Shown here: positions 24,801 to 37,800 of the stretch, in pieces
How the letters are laid out: each line of letters opens with the position of its first letter
How positions within the stretch are numbered: the stretch's first letter is position 1
Source of the DNA: Kudoa neothunni
Lineage: Eukaryota > Animalia > Cnidaria
Assembly (NCBI GenBank): GCA_964304625.1
Contig: OZ199839.1
Coordinates: forward strand, 5,102,837-5,166,836
Direction: 5' to 3'
DNA length: 64,000 bases
Made by a program: the position numbers and the translations under genes
The notes under the pieces: model-generated
The model's input: only the letters and a program-made list of their open reading frames with translations
Told to the model about the DNA's origin: nothing
Databases searched by the model: none

Positions 24801-27800
24801 ATAAGAAAACCAAATCTGATCTAATTGAGGCTACAAAAGATTGCACAAACAAAACAACCGCTATCATTAGCACTTCTAAACTGCTGTCATCGACGATGGA
24901 TATGGTGCACTCTAAGCAGGCGCTTGGTAACAGTCTCTACTCCATTATGGATTCGATCGAAAGTTTCAATGATATTTATGATACCAATGAATTGGAGAAT
25001 CTGAATTCTGTAAATGATCTCTGCAAAAACTACATCGAAATAGCCGAAAAAATGTTGAAATTGACCAACTTATTCAACGCATCGGTCCAAGAAAACGAAT
25101 CCGATAAGGCCATCTCCAATTATTTGGAAAACTATGCTAAAATCTCCAAGAAGATTGTCCAATTCAAAAAAACTCACACTAACGCCGATTATGCCGACTT
25201 TTCTAAGCAAATGATAAATGATATAAATGATTTGATGTTTTCACTCAACAGCAAAGTGAGTCAAATCGACGAAGATGAGTTAGACGACGAAGAAAATAAA
25301 TTGAAGCTTTGGGACGTTATTGAACAGTTGAACAGTGAACTCAAAAATATGGTGTCTGCATGTAACGCAACAGATGAATCGGCTTCTTTGAAAAAATCGC
25401 TACTCAATTTCAGCCAACAATTCTACAATATACTTCATCCTGTAGTAAATGAACAGTCGGTTAAAAAATTGTCAGACTATGTCAAAAGTTATATCGAGAC
25501 ACTTCACACGTTTTCCAATTGTTCATTTTACAGCCGACCTGAACTGGAGGCGATATCAGAAAAACTTAGAAAACATCACAGCCAATTCAACGCCGAGGAA
25601 CAATCGGAGTCACAGTTGCAGTTACAATTAAATTTGTTGTTATCCTCGTGCTGTGAGGCTATCGGGAAGGTCAACAAAATTATGGACAAAGAATATGCTC
25701 TTCTTAACTCATCGAAGGATTCGATTAGTGGTGAACTTTTGTGCAGAAACATCAATATTGTAAATGATCAACATAAATCCATCGAAAAAACTATTAATGA
25801 TGTTAAAACAATCAATCAAATGACATTACCGAAATATCTACTTTCCCTTAACAATAATATCAACAATTACTCCAGCGAAATTGTAGAAAACCACAAAAAT
25901 AATGCACATGATTGGGACGAAAATGACATTCTTTTGTCAGAAAAAAAAGTTAAGCAAGATTTAATGAACTATTTAGATCAGAGTATAAAGATGATTGATG
26001 AAACTGCTTTCGCTATTCGTAATAATCAGGCAATCGACTTGAATGAAAAAGTCCTTGATATCACCTCATCGAGGCTGAAAATTCTGAACGAATTCTCTAA
26101 ATTTTTGAAAGTATCTGGCGATAAAGTTGACAGTCAAGTTCTAGGTAGTATATATGACAATTTTGCTGCTGTAAATAAAGCCTCACTTGATCTGGTCTCT
26201 CAAATCGAAAATAACAGTCCAGAAAAATCGGAAAAACTCCTTCAATCTATGAACGATATTTCGTCCAATTATAAATCCATACACAAAAACTTATTCCCTA
26301 CCTCTGAACTTGATGATCTTCAGAAAATACTAGATGATCTACTCAACAAAGTTATGGCTGGTGATAAGGATTGCCTACGTGAAAACCCAGATCTGGACGA
26401 GGAAGATTTCAAGAACCACATCAAATTTCTCAACGAAAGTTTGCATAATTTAATCAATTCGGTTGTATCTCCCAGCGAAAAAAACAACAAAGAACAAAAT
26501 TTAGAGAAATTTAGAGAAATTATCAAATTTTGTATGTCTATGGGTATTGATGTCTGTGCGAGTTTGGTAAGTTTTTAATTGAAACTGTCTTAAAAAAATT
26601 TAGTCGTTATTATTATTTTTCGTTGGATTATTAGGACGATGATTTAAAATTGGCGTTTTTGAAACATCTCAATGAAACTTTAAATGAAGCATCTCGAGTG
26701 GTCAACTATGTTCAATCTGATTGTGATAATTTGGACGATATGTTTAACAGTGCTATAAACCTAGCGAAATCTTTGGGTGTATTTTTGATTCCTGTATACA
26801 ACACAATCAAAGGTTATCCCGAAACTTGTTCCTCATTAGCCGCTCACACTGTATTTTTTGTTGTTTGATTTGAAGCTTTGTTTTTCATTGAAGATTCTAG
26901 GTGGAGAATAAATGCCACATGGATCAGTATTTATGTGCTTCAAATAGTGTAGGCAATTACTGGAATTGTTTGGACGAAATCGAACATTCGGTTGGAGAAT
27001 TCAAAGAGGCTTTTCACGATGTGGCGACACAACTCGACAAAGGCGCCGCTCCCAACAATATAAACGAACAAGTAGTTAACTCGTCAAGTTCAATACTCAA
27101 AGCTCGTCAATTTATCTCCCAGGTTTGACCTTATTTTACCCAAATATACTACTACACAATCTAATTGTTTCTATTAGTGCTGCTTCCTTATGTGTGATAA
27201 AAAAAACAAATTTAGAACTAACTCGTATAAACCTTTAAATATGGCTGAGTTGCAAGTAAAAAAAGAATATATGGTTAAGGCCTTCGAAAGACTTGGCAAT
27301 GAAAAGTTGACTCATACTGAGGTATATTATAATTTTTCAATCGCATTAATTTGTTCTCGAATAAAAATAAACACGCAATCATTTTAAGGTGGAATCATTT
27401 ATCTATGAGTTTGATTGTATCAATAAAACTATATTGACGAATGCTCGTGAAGGCCTGCTCCTAGCTAAAGTTGATAAGCCTAATGAAGAACTTGAATTTG
27501 ATAGCATACTCGGCACGTTTACCAACGCGTGTACCGAACAATCGAAGCATTTAAGAGTAAACCCAAATTAAAATTAGGTAGAAAATTCTATAGCAGATAC
27601 ATATAGGTTTATCTCCAACAAATGAACGAACGAAATAAAACCAACATTATGGACCATTCTAATGAGTACTTTAAGGGCTTGCAGAATTTAATTATTGAAT
27701 CTTCAAATCCTATTTTTAATTCTTACCCCCTGGATAATGCAGAAAACGTATCTTTTGAAGTTTGGTTTGAACAAAGATAGTTAACATGGTTTTAGAATTT

Positions 27801-30800
27801 ACAAACACAAGGCGAAATTGTTGATCAACTAAAAGTTATGTCCGCTATGGAAGTAGATATGTTCACACAAATAAAAGATGCTTTAATTGGTACTGTTCCA
27901 TTGGTTTGTATATTTCGATCTAGATGTGACACAATCTTTTTAGGTAAAAGAAACTCCCCCGACAGTTTAGAGTCCCTTTATCAAAGCTACATGGAAACCA
28001 TGAAACATACAATTAACCAACTGAGGTATGCGGATGAGAGAAATTTTTCTAATATCAAATAATTTCTAATATAAATTTAATGGGTTATTTATTTTTTTAC
28101 ATTAAAGACAAAAATGCCCTACAAACCCTAAAATTATGGATGCGATCGATAGAATTCATGATTCAACTAAACACATTAACACGTACATCACAGCGTCCCA
28201 ATGCAATCAACTAGCTGAACCTGAAACCAAATCGAAAGTAACCACCTTATGGAAAAATTAGCAGTATTTTCGTTATATTATCAATAGTGCAATGAAACCA
28301 ATCTCATAAATGAATGCCATGAAATTCGAAATTTCATTAATCAACATAAAGAAAATTTCATTAGCGCCAAGCCGGATCAGCTAAGCGACGAATGGGTATT
28401 TTAAAAATTTAGTTGGTCATAAAATGATTTCTGTCATTGTTTAGTTGTCTGAGTTCACCGGAAAATTTGTCAATTTTGAAACCAAATGTGTAGACTATGG
28501 TTCTCACCTTAATGTTCCACAGGATTCACCTGAGCAGGCGGTCCAAAGAACAAACGTTTTCAAAAGTTGTGGGGAGACATTGAATCAGGCTATACAACTG
28601 ATCAACTCACAAATTATTCATCCCAAGGTTGAATAACTTAGTTGTTAAAACATCTAATAACAGCTTTATTATTTAGTATGCAACTTCGGATCTTAAAAAA
28701 GACAAAGCTCTTTGTGTTCGGAAACTTTTAAAACAACTCGACAACATGGTAGAATCTATAGAAGCGGCGAAGAATCAATACGGAGACGTTGAAGTAGAAA
28801 TCGAACTGATTGTGCAAGCATCTCAATTAGTAATATTCACTTGGTGGTTTGGATAAATTCATTATCATTTATTTTAGTTAGAGGTGGTTATTACTGAGGA
28901 TCATTCGGTGGAAAATGTAGTCAGCAAATCTAAAACTATTGTAAGTTTGAGATATTTTTGATTGATATCTACATTCGTCTGTAGGTCGATACCTTTAAGA
29001 AGACCGATGTTGAAGAAATTGACTTGGATGATTTGAATTCGATGATGGCTGAATTTAACGATATGTTGGATAATGCTAATGAAGTAAAAATACATATGCA
29101 GGTTGTCCAATAAGTCGGTTAATATTCAAATTTAGAACAATAACACCGAAGACATAAATGTTGCGCTCAACCAACTAAAAGTGTCCATCACAGAACTAGC
29201 TTCTAAGGCTGTTCAGCGTCAGGAAACTCGAGCGATAATGGATAAAAAGAAAACTATGAAAGCCAAAGTTGAAAAATATAGAACTATTCGACGTATGGAG
29301 GTACTGGTCAATGTGCCCTTTGTTTACTTGATTGCATATCCTGAAATATTTGTGATTAAATATATTAAATAGGCTAACAAACCTGAGAGTAATAAGTTTA
29401 AAGTATTGAGAAAGCAAGGCCCATTAAAAAAAGTTATAAATTCGTTACAACAACGTTCTAAACACATCAGAAACCTGTTCAATAACGCTCAAAGTTTTCC
29501 AGCAACTTCTACCGAAGCATTAGAAGGATACTTCGATGACCACGTTGAAAGAATAATACAAGATCAATCCAAAATGGATGTCATTTTAGAAGATCTTCAA
29601 ACGTTTATTGACAATGGGGAAATAATTAGTGATAACACATGGGAATCGTTTCACACATTCGTCACCGATTATAACGACAAAGTTACACAGAGCGCCGATT
29701 ATTTAGGTAGTTACAAAGATAGTATTGATATAAAGGTATGATTTTATCTGATATCTACTATATGGAGGAAAAATTCTTTCTAAACTCCGCATAGGAAAGT
29801 GTCCCTTTTAATTTGATTCCACTCACTTACGTTATTATCTTGATGTCTCTATTTTTATGTTCTAGTGAAATTAGTTTCTTATTCCTAAAATAATCAAATA
29901 AAATTGAATTAGAATTCATGTTCTCCTCTAAAAATCCTTATAATTGTAAAAATGGCAACTTTATTTTTTCCACCAAATTTTTAATTTTGTTGATTAAAAA
30001 AGAATATTTTAGTCATACTACAAATATTGTATTTTTACATTGACAAATAATTTAGATCATAGTTAAAATACTCTTTAATTTTTAAATATATAATAAAGTT
30101 AAAAATATTAATTTTTGAATAGTTATTTTTAGAGATAATAAATATTTATCCAAAATTAATTCATAAATTAATCATCCTTCGAGGGTTATAAATTTGATTC
30201 TAACTAAAAAACCCTGTTCTAATCGATATTAAGTACAAATACACGATTTATTTGGTTTTATAGGAAAACTGCTACTGCAAACAAAAAGGTTTGGTTGATA
30301 AATTGTTGAACTTGTTGGATAATTTCAAAAACGAAACTCCTAGAAACTTTGATACCAACAGCATTAAAGATGTCTTTGGGGCGATGAATAGATTCCTGAA
30401 AAACCAAATCCTGTCATACGAATCAACACTGCAATACATAGATGATGGCATCCATTCAAATAATATTAAATTAGAAAACATGAAAGCGACATGGGACACA
30501 CTTGAAAAATTACCCGTTGACGAATTCACGAGTAGCAGTGTGGTTTGCGATGATGTAGTTTTGGAATTGTATCAAATGTTGTTGCATGCGCATGCTATTT
30601 CCGGAGCTTGCTACAAAAATTATACGTTTGCGGGACAAAATGGATTGTACCGTTTGCTGAAGCTAAGTGTTACATCATACACCAACTTGACATATTTTGT
30701 TGAAAGAATTCAACAACAACGTGTGGAAGCCGGCACCAATGACTTGTTTGGAACAGAATTTCTCGACCAACTCAATAAAATTGGTCATTGCTATGGATCT

Positions 30801-31897
30801 CTGGTGAATATGGTAGTTCGCCTAGTTAATGGTTCTCGTCAAACGAACAATGATGCAAATAGCTTGAATATATGTATCAGCAAGTTAAATAACGATATTA
30901 ACAGTTTTATTTATTGGATCGGACAAGCTAATAGCAATAACAAGGCAAGTTTGCTATTTGGAACCAGTTTGGTTGGAGTGCGTAATAGCGGTGGATTAAA
31001 ACCTACAAAAACATCGAATGCAATAAATATCACCGAAAAACTTATTGATTTAGCCATAAGATCATTGATTAAGTCAACCGAACGAATGTTTAAAGCATCC
31101 AAAGATATGGAAAGCTTTGGTGATCTACCGTCTGTCGATACAATTGTCGCCGAGTTGGTAGAAACTAACGTAATCAGCGATGTGAAACATGAGATAAACG
31201 CAGCCACTGAGTGCATTGAAAATTCATTGGATATTCTGGTGTCCTGTTGTTTTGATACTATTTCTAGCGAGATTTTTGAAAAGGGGAATTCTCTTGAAAG
31301 TGGGCCATATGTTGCGTTGTCAAAACAACTCACCTCGGACGTTATATTGTCCTCCTTTTCTATATCCAATCTTATGTTAGAGATCTTAGAAATGTTAAAG
31401 TTGGACCCAAGCCAAATAAAAATTGACGAAAATAAAGTTTTATCAAAAACTAACAATTTAAAGAAGGGCATAGAGACGTTCTTCCAATTTTTGAAGGTTC
31501 GAACCGAATTTTCGGAAATCAACAGAGATCGCCTTGATGTATCTTTGGTTGTTGATTATCGTTTAATAAATGACGTTATTAGATGGTCGTCAAAGAAAGT
31601 ATTACCGCTATAATCACTCTGAGAAATAAGATCATGGAAAATAAATTCATCCTGTATGTCAACGAACTAGGAGAAGTTCATCCTAGTTTCTATGATGTTG
31701 AAATGCCCACCATCGAAGATACACTTGCTATTGCCTACATGACCAAAGATTACAGCGTTAAGGAGGAGGAAGAAAAAATCAGCTTCAAAGAATACATTAT
31801 GGATGTGCTTGGAGTGAACAAAGAAGAAAGAGAAAATTTTTCACTTGCATTACTTTCGTCTTCCGTATTGATACACTCACTTTTGCTTTCCTATTAA
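18820..31897 (+). CDS. Talin paralog A (divergent): FERM head F0-F3, long helical rod, degenerate I/LWEQ domain, hydrophobic C-terminus
   Basis: Head: MLDGVKKVL, EYSLC, NLLYNQCRDGLL, CQNLPTYGITLF, KNSFSLDFG..TPEGEKIAQAISGYIDLIMKK. In-frame splice 20870 to 24152 into the 825-aa ORF; further exons to 29736, then 30263-31538 and 31583-31897. Head intron positions match talin B. Confidence 0.82.
21336..23675 (-). mobile_element. piggyBac-like MITE family A copy in talin A intron, with a nested piggyBac
   Basis: Imperfect TIRs ccttccgagtaaaatagggtttatttggg / (rc) ccgttcaagtaaactagggtccatttgaa; right arm homologous to 41972-42500. Confidence 0.65.
21656..22786 (-). mobile_element. Internally deleted piggyBac nested in MITE A
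   Basis: TTAA on both sides; TIR cctctaatg; palindromic ttggggtaaaaatttccccaa subterminal motifs. Minus-strand remnants of an acidic N-terminus (..ESDEVENFENSGQSIISNDGPWW) and Cys-rich tail (KKPAIVCFRCTK..VCES). Confidence 0.65.
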
Positions 31898-32798
31898 CTA
31901 CAACTAGTAATAAGCAGACAATCATTCTTCTACAGTTATAAATGTTATAATATTTGTTGTTTTTATTTTTGTCTTGCATTCCAAAAATCTAATCTCTGTA
32001 ACATTGAAATTTTAATTATTCCACGTTCTTAGAACCCTTTAACTCTTTCAGTTGTTGCGATTGATCCATGAGAGGATTCTACGTGCAACAATCACATGCA
32101 AACACGTGGCTGGGAACACTGAGGCCGAATCTCAAATTCATCAAATCACTGTCTGATTATTAGTAGGTCGTTTATCCATAATAGGAGAGTCTGGAGAATG
32201 TATTCTCACAAATAAGTGTTCTGTGTCTTCTTAGTTGTAGTTTGATCCAGCGAGAAGGAGCGAATTAAACGTTTGAATAATAGGGAATTCATTAAAATGA
32301 TGCGATGTTTTCAGATATCAAAATCAGATTGTTTTTTTGGAGATGAGTGGGATGTTAGATTCATGGAGACAAGATTACTGAGTGATTGAAATTTTCTCAT
32401 TACCGCAGGAGTTAATCAAAATAGTTTTATCTCGTATACAATTAATTTGTTGATCTTGTGCTGTATTAATAAATATATTTATTAATATTTACTCAGAGAG
32501 GGATTTTAGTCACAGTCTGTTTATTTGCTCCTAATTTAATCACGTTTGTTAAAAAACCCTTGGGATCACTTGTTGATTTCGTTCCATGTTGATGGGTTTT
32601 CTTTACGATGGAATATTTAACTGAATTTAGCCATAAGAATTATTTATAAATTATAAGAAATTTCTTTAGATCTTAATTCGTTATATTTTATTTAAAAATT
32701 TTAAAACATGAAGTATATTATTTTAATTCACAAACACCTGAAATATTAATGATTAGGTCGTTGAAAATACCTTGCGCCTTTATTCAGTCTAAGCGCAG

Positions 32799-32800
<2 letters not shown>

Positions 32801-32828
<28 letters not shown>
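32801..32828. repeat. (AT)n microsatellite
   Basis: Read directly. Confidence 0.9.
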
Positions 32829-32832
<4 letters not shown>

Positions 32833-34867
32833 GAACGTTGTTAAAGCATGAGAAAATAAATAAAAATCTCTGACGACAAAAAATGTTGGTTAATTATAAA
32901 AACTGGATTGAAAAAAATTATTTTATATAAATCGCGCAATAATAAGTAATTACCATTGGCAATTAAAAAATATCAAAAATTATTATTATTATATAGGTTT
33001 TTAAGTTTTAAAAAGCAATATTTATGTTCCAGAATATTCATGTTACTTAAATGTAAAAATTTATATTCCAAAATAATCATGTCACATGATGGTACGTAAT
33101 TAGACAATTAAAAATAAGCATGCGCTATACTTCTTAAACCAAGAAATTTTGTCTACGAATTGTTACCTTATAAAAATGAAAATTTCCAATTACTGAAAAA
33201 CGAATATAAATCAAAATTGGGCTTAAAAGCTAATGTGACGGTTATTGACGAGAATGGTACCCGTAGTATTACCGGGATTGTATTTATATCGTTTATTTAA
33301 GCATTAACATTTTATTCTTTTGGTAGATGCGTTAATATTTCCAATATTTCTTCTTTTGGTGATTTGTTCTAATAAATAATAAATTAAAAATATAGAATAT
33401 TTTTTTATCCGAATGTTCTGTCAGATATTTTTAGCCGCGTGTTATAAATACAACTTATTAATGCAACAACGACACGACCGACTATTCAAATTATCACGTG
33501 TCCTTCTTTGTTTGTTATTTTGTTTAATAAAATAACAAACAATAACTAATCCGTAACAGTTCTTTGGAATGCAATTAATTTTCAGTACATTATAGGGTTA
33601 ATAAAATGGATTTGGCATCAAAAAATCATTTTCTATCAGAGCTCGATTTTCAATTTTTTTTATTAATGCACGTGCGCCGGCGAGTTTAAATTTGAGCCAT
33701 ATCGCAGAGATATTATCTGGCGTGCGCACGCACCACCCCAGATAAACTAATTTAAAAATATTATAAAGTTGTATTTAAACATTTCTCCGTGTTACGGTGC
33801 TTGTTGAATAAATTATGTGACTTCAAATTCAAAGATCGTTTATTTAAAATTGAACGATTACTATTGAATCAGAGGAATTAAAATGTTTAGAAATAGTGTT
33901 ATTGAATTCGGCACAAAACAAAATACGTCTCATGTTAAATTTTCAATCTATGCGAACTAAAGAATGAAGATAAAAATAAAAAAATTGAACGAAAATCAAT
34001 TCACATCGACGGATCTTAAAATAAAAAAAATTCTTTGATTAGACATTATGATCGGATATTATAATCCAAAAATATTTTTTCCCTAAAAAATATTGCAGAA
34101 ATTAGTCGGCAACAAATAATCAAATAGCTAGTTCATCCCGAAAGATATTATATATTATTATACGAATGATTCAGCCAATTGTGTGGGCGGATACTGTAAA
34201 GCTATTAGACAAAGCTACTTACCTTCAATATGATGGGTATAACTGTAACTGACTTTTGGTAGATTTTTTTGTCGTAGAAAAATGTACATATCATTGGATG
34301 CTTAATATTAGTGGAGTCGTGCTCTTCTAGAAGATAAGGCGACACCTCATGATAAAAGAAGAATCGACATACAGGGGAGAGAGCCTTCTTATACGTGATT
34401 ATTTTTCCAGAAATAAATACTTTAACGAGTTTGGAATAAATGCCACCTTCCAATATCGAATACAATTGGGTATTACATAAAAAGTTCAGTTTAAACAGTT
34501 TAATTAAGCGATAACTTTATTCACCGGTCGTGAATCTTTTGTCAAAAATAGAGTCGGAATACCTTTCAACAATAAAAAGTATTGTCCCCATGGAATTTAA
34601 TATATATCTATTGATATTTGGCCATTATTATCCTTGCTAATTTTATTCATGACAATAATTAAAGGAATGTCTCTACTTCCAACCTTACCAATATCATAAC
34701 TGAGTCCAGTACGAATTTTCGCTAGAAAAATATAAATTCTCAAATGATTCAAAATTAGGTGGATTAAAACCGATATAAAACGTATTATTAAAAACATTAT
34801 AATAAGATAACGGAAGAATTTTGCAAGATATTATAGTTGTTGACTGCAATTGGTTTATTGCTGGATA

Positions 34868-37800
34868 ATGCCAACCGATATAAATTTCCAAGTTAATGTT
34901 CCGTCTATTAATTTGGTGAAAACGATGGTATTCAAGTCGGATCAAAAAATAAGCCAAGTTAGGGACGTTATTTTGGAAAAAATACCAGATAAAATATCAG
35001 CGGATGAAAGTAGGAATTCCAGCTTTAATTCATTCTTTATGAAATAACGTATTAAATGAATAATATTTGCCTAGGAGCGAACTATATGGTATTTATTCAA
35101 GATAGAGACTACAAGAAAAAGGGATGTTGGTTGGATTTGAATCGAGATATTCAATTTTACAACTTAAAATCAGGGGTAATCTCAATCTCACAAACAGTTT
35201 TATATTACAGTGTTTTACTAATGCTGTTGTGTAGCAAAATATTTTTTTTAAAAACAAAATGGCACACATGAGAATCAAAATGATGGATGGGTCAAAGAAA
35301 GTTGTTTTAGTATGGATAAAAATAACTCTAAAAGTTTCAGGAATATATTTTATCGCATAGATGGACCAACTTTTGACAGTGAAGGATATACTGGTGATGT
35401 TGGGCGAGAAACTGGGAATATCAAATATAGCTGAATATTCGCTTTGTTTGGAGATTGAGGAAGACGATTCCTCGTCGGATAGTGATGAGGAGACAGCGGG
35501 CAAAGTAACACTGTCTCATGACGACTTTGATATAATTAATATTTTTCTATAAATTAGGGAATATTACACAAAAAACTGGAGAAAAGAGAACAAAAAAGAA
35601 TCGAACGAATGAAGAAGCAGTTACACACTGATGATGACTGTAATTTTTTCGCCATCACGAAACAAAGTTTTATTCATTTTTGGGATATAGTAAAATGGTT
35701 GGTTCATGAGAAACGAATTTGCGATCAAGGGGTTGAATTCGATAGTTTATTTCTTTTGAGGTAAACATATCAATTGGGCCTGCTTCTCACTAGAGTTTTA
35801 ATATTAGACGAAAATACTTCCTCGAAGCTAACGAAAATATTTCCGACCCTATCGAGGTCAATCTGCTTTATAATCAAGTTATTGATAATCTCTATGCTTC
35901 ATTTTCGATATTTCAAATAGTGCCGGGACGGAATTTTAGAGGGAGCAACAGTATGCACGTTTGAAGAGGCTAGTAAAGTAAGACATATTTGTTTTGAAGA
36001 TTATCTATCTGTTTGTTAGTTTGCTGCCTATCAGTTTCAAATAGAACATGGAACTTTTAATGAAGAAAAATATAAAACGTCAAACTTTGAGTAATTTTCT
36101 GTAACTACAGAAGCGAGCTGTATACAAAATTTTTTCTACTCTCTAGCTTAAAAAACTACTATCCAAAAGAGTTTATTAAAACTAGACATGTCAAAGAAAA
36201 TATGATAAAAGTGATAATGAAATTTATATTCGATTTTTAAGTATGATTCATAAAAGGAGCACAAAAAAATCACAGAAAAGGATCAAGTGATGTTGAAGCA
36301 TCAATACACAAAGTTGTGTCAAAATTTGAAAACCTATGGCATCTCTATATTTCTTGTGAAAGTAAATAATCATCACATTTATGTCATTTAATGCTGTTTC
36401 AGGAGAAAAAACAAGGGAAGAATAGATTATCGCCCATATTATTAGGCATATCCAAAGATAATATTATCAGAATGGATCAAAACACCAAAGAAGTATGGTT
36501 CTAATCTAATTATTAAATTGTGTGTCCAAAATTGATAAAATTTTTGTAGGTTGTACAAAAATGGCCACTTACTGTGATAAGACGATGGGCTGCTTCAAAA
36601 AATAGTTTCTCGCTTGATTTTGGAGACTTTGAGGATAACACTTATTCGGTGCTGACCTCCGAATCGGAACACATTGCTCAACTTGTTTCTGGTTACATCG
36701 AGCTTATTATTAGCAAGGTTTTTTTATTGATGAGTTGCAACGTGGGTTTGAGATTAAATTTCTATGTCTAGAAAACCAATCCCACTCTCAAAGGATATTC
36801 ACCCCATGTGGATACAGTTTACACTGGAAAAACCAATAAATCTAGGGGGATCGTCAATCGTAGAACCAGACCTGCTGAGAGCAGAATGGAAGGGGGCTCC
36901 TTCAATGATGGTTACATCGAAATGCCCTCTTACTTCAACAGTGATTGCTATTATTTTTAATATAGTAAAATCTATTAGTGGGTGAGACGAATAAAGATTT
37001 TATCACAAAAAAACAAAGTGTTGTCGACATTAGAAATCTTCAGGGGGTAGATACCATATTTGTTTCCACTCGCTTCAATTAATCAAACACCATTTTGATG
37101 CTAGGGCGAAAACAACTTTTACAACGATTCCGTCATTACCAATCAAATGTTCGTACATGAAATCAACGAACTCCAACAGGCTTGCTCCCAAATTAACCTG
37201 GTTGAACTTGAGTGCAAATCCATTGAGCCTATAAGTGAGCAAGACTATGAGAACCTCAAACGAATTCTCAAAGACTATATGGCTCTGTTGGGTTCAGCTG
37301 CTATAAGACTATTGGAAATGCGTGGTATTTTAATTTTCGATTTTCCTCTTCTAAACTTAATGTGCCATATCGATTTTGAGAGATAAAATCAAAATCATTA
37401 AACATACCTAGGGTGTATTTAATAGTTATGTGTATATTGGATATTTTCTAGTTAATTCTACCGTTTAGACAAATATGAAGACCCCAAGTATGTGTTGGAG
37501 ATCAAACAAATGTAAGAGAAATTTATATTCTGTTTATTTATCAAAATATTTCTCCAAAGGAACACCACGTTGGTATCACTGATGGATAAAGTGAAGGAAT
37601 ATGCTTCATATCTAAATGATTCTGAAGCTACAGACGTACTAAATGCATGCCAAGATTTAATGCGTTCTCTGGTAGCTTTTACCTGCTGTATCAAGGAGGA
37701 AGGTGACCGTATCATCGTATTTGCTTTCATATAGACTAAATGACTCATTCATTCAATGATCTTTTTAATTTTTAGGTTGATGTTGAGACAATGAAGAAAC

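Noticed and set aside
24101-26578. Independent 825-aa coiled-coil gene
   Set aside because: It begins at a splice acceptor (ttgcag, 24151) in frame with the talin A head and continues through exons to the I/LWEQ-like end.
30911-31522. 203-aa minus-strand ORF and similar antisense ORFs over talin, Raf and transposase exons
   Set aside because: Shadow ORFs of real + strand coding exons with no recognisable motifs.
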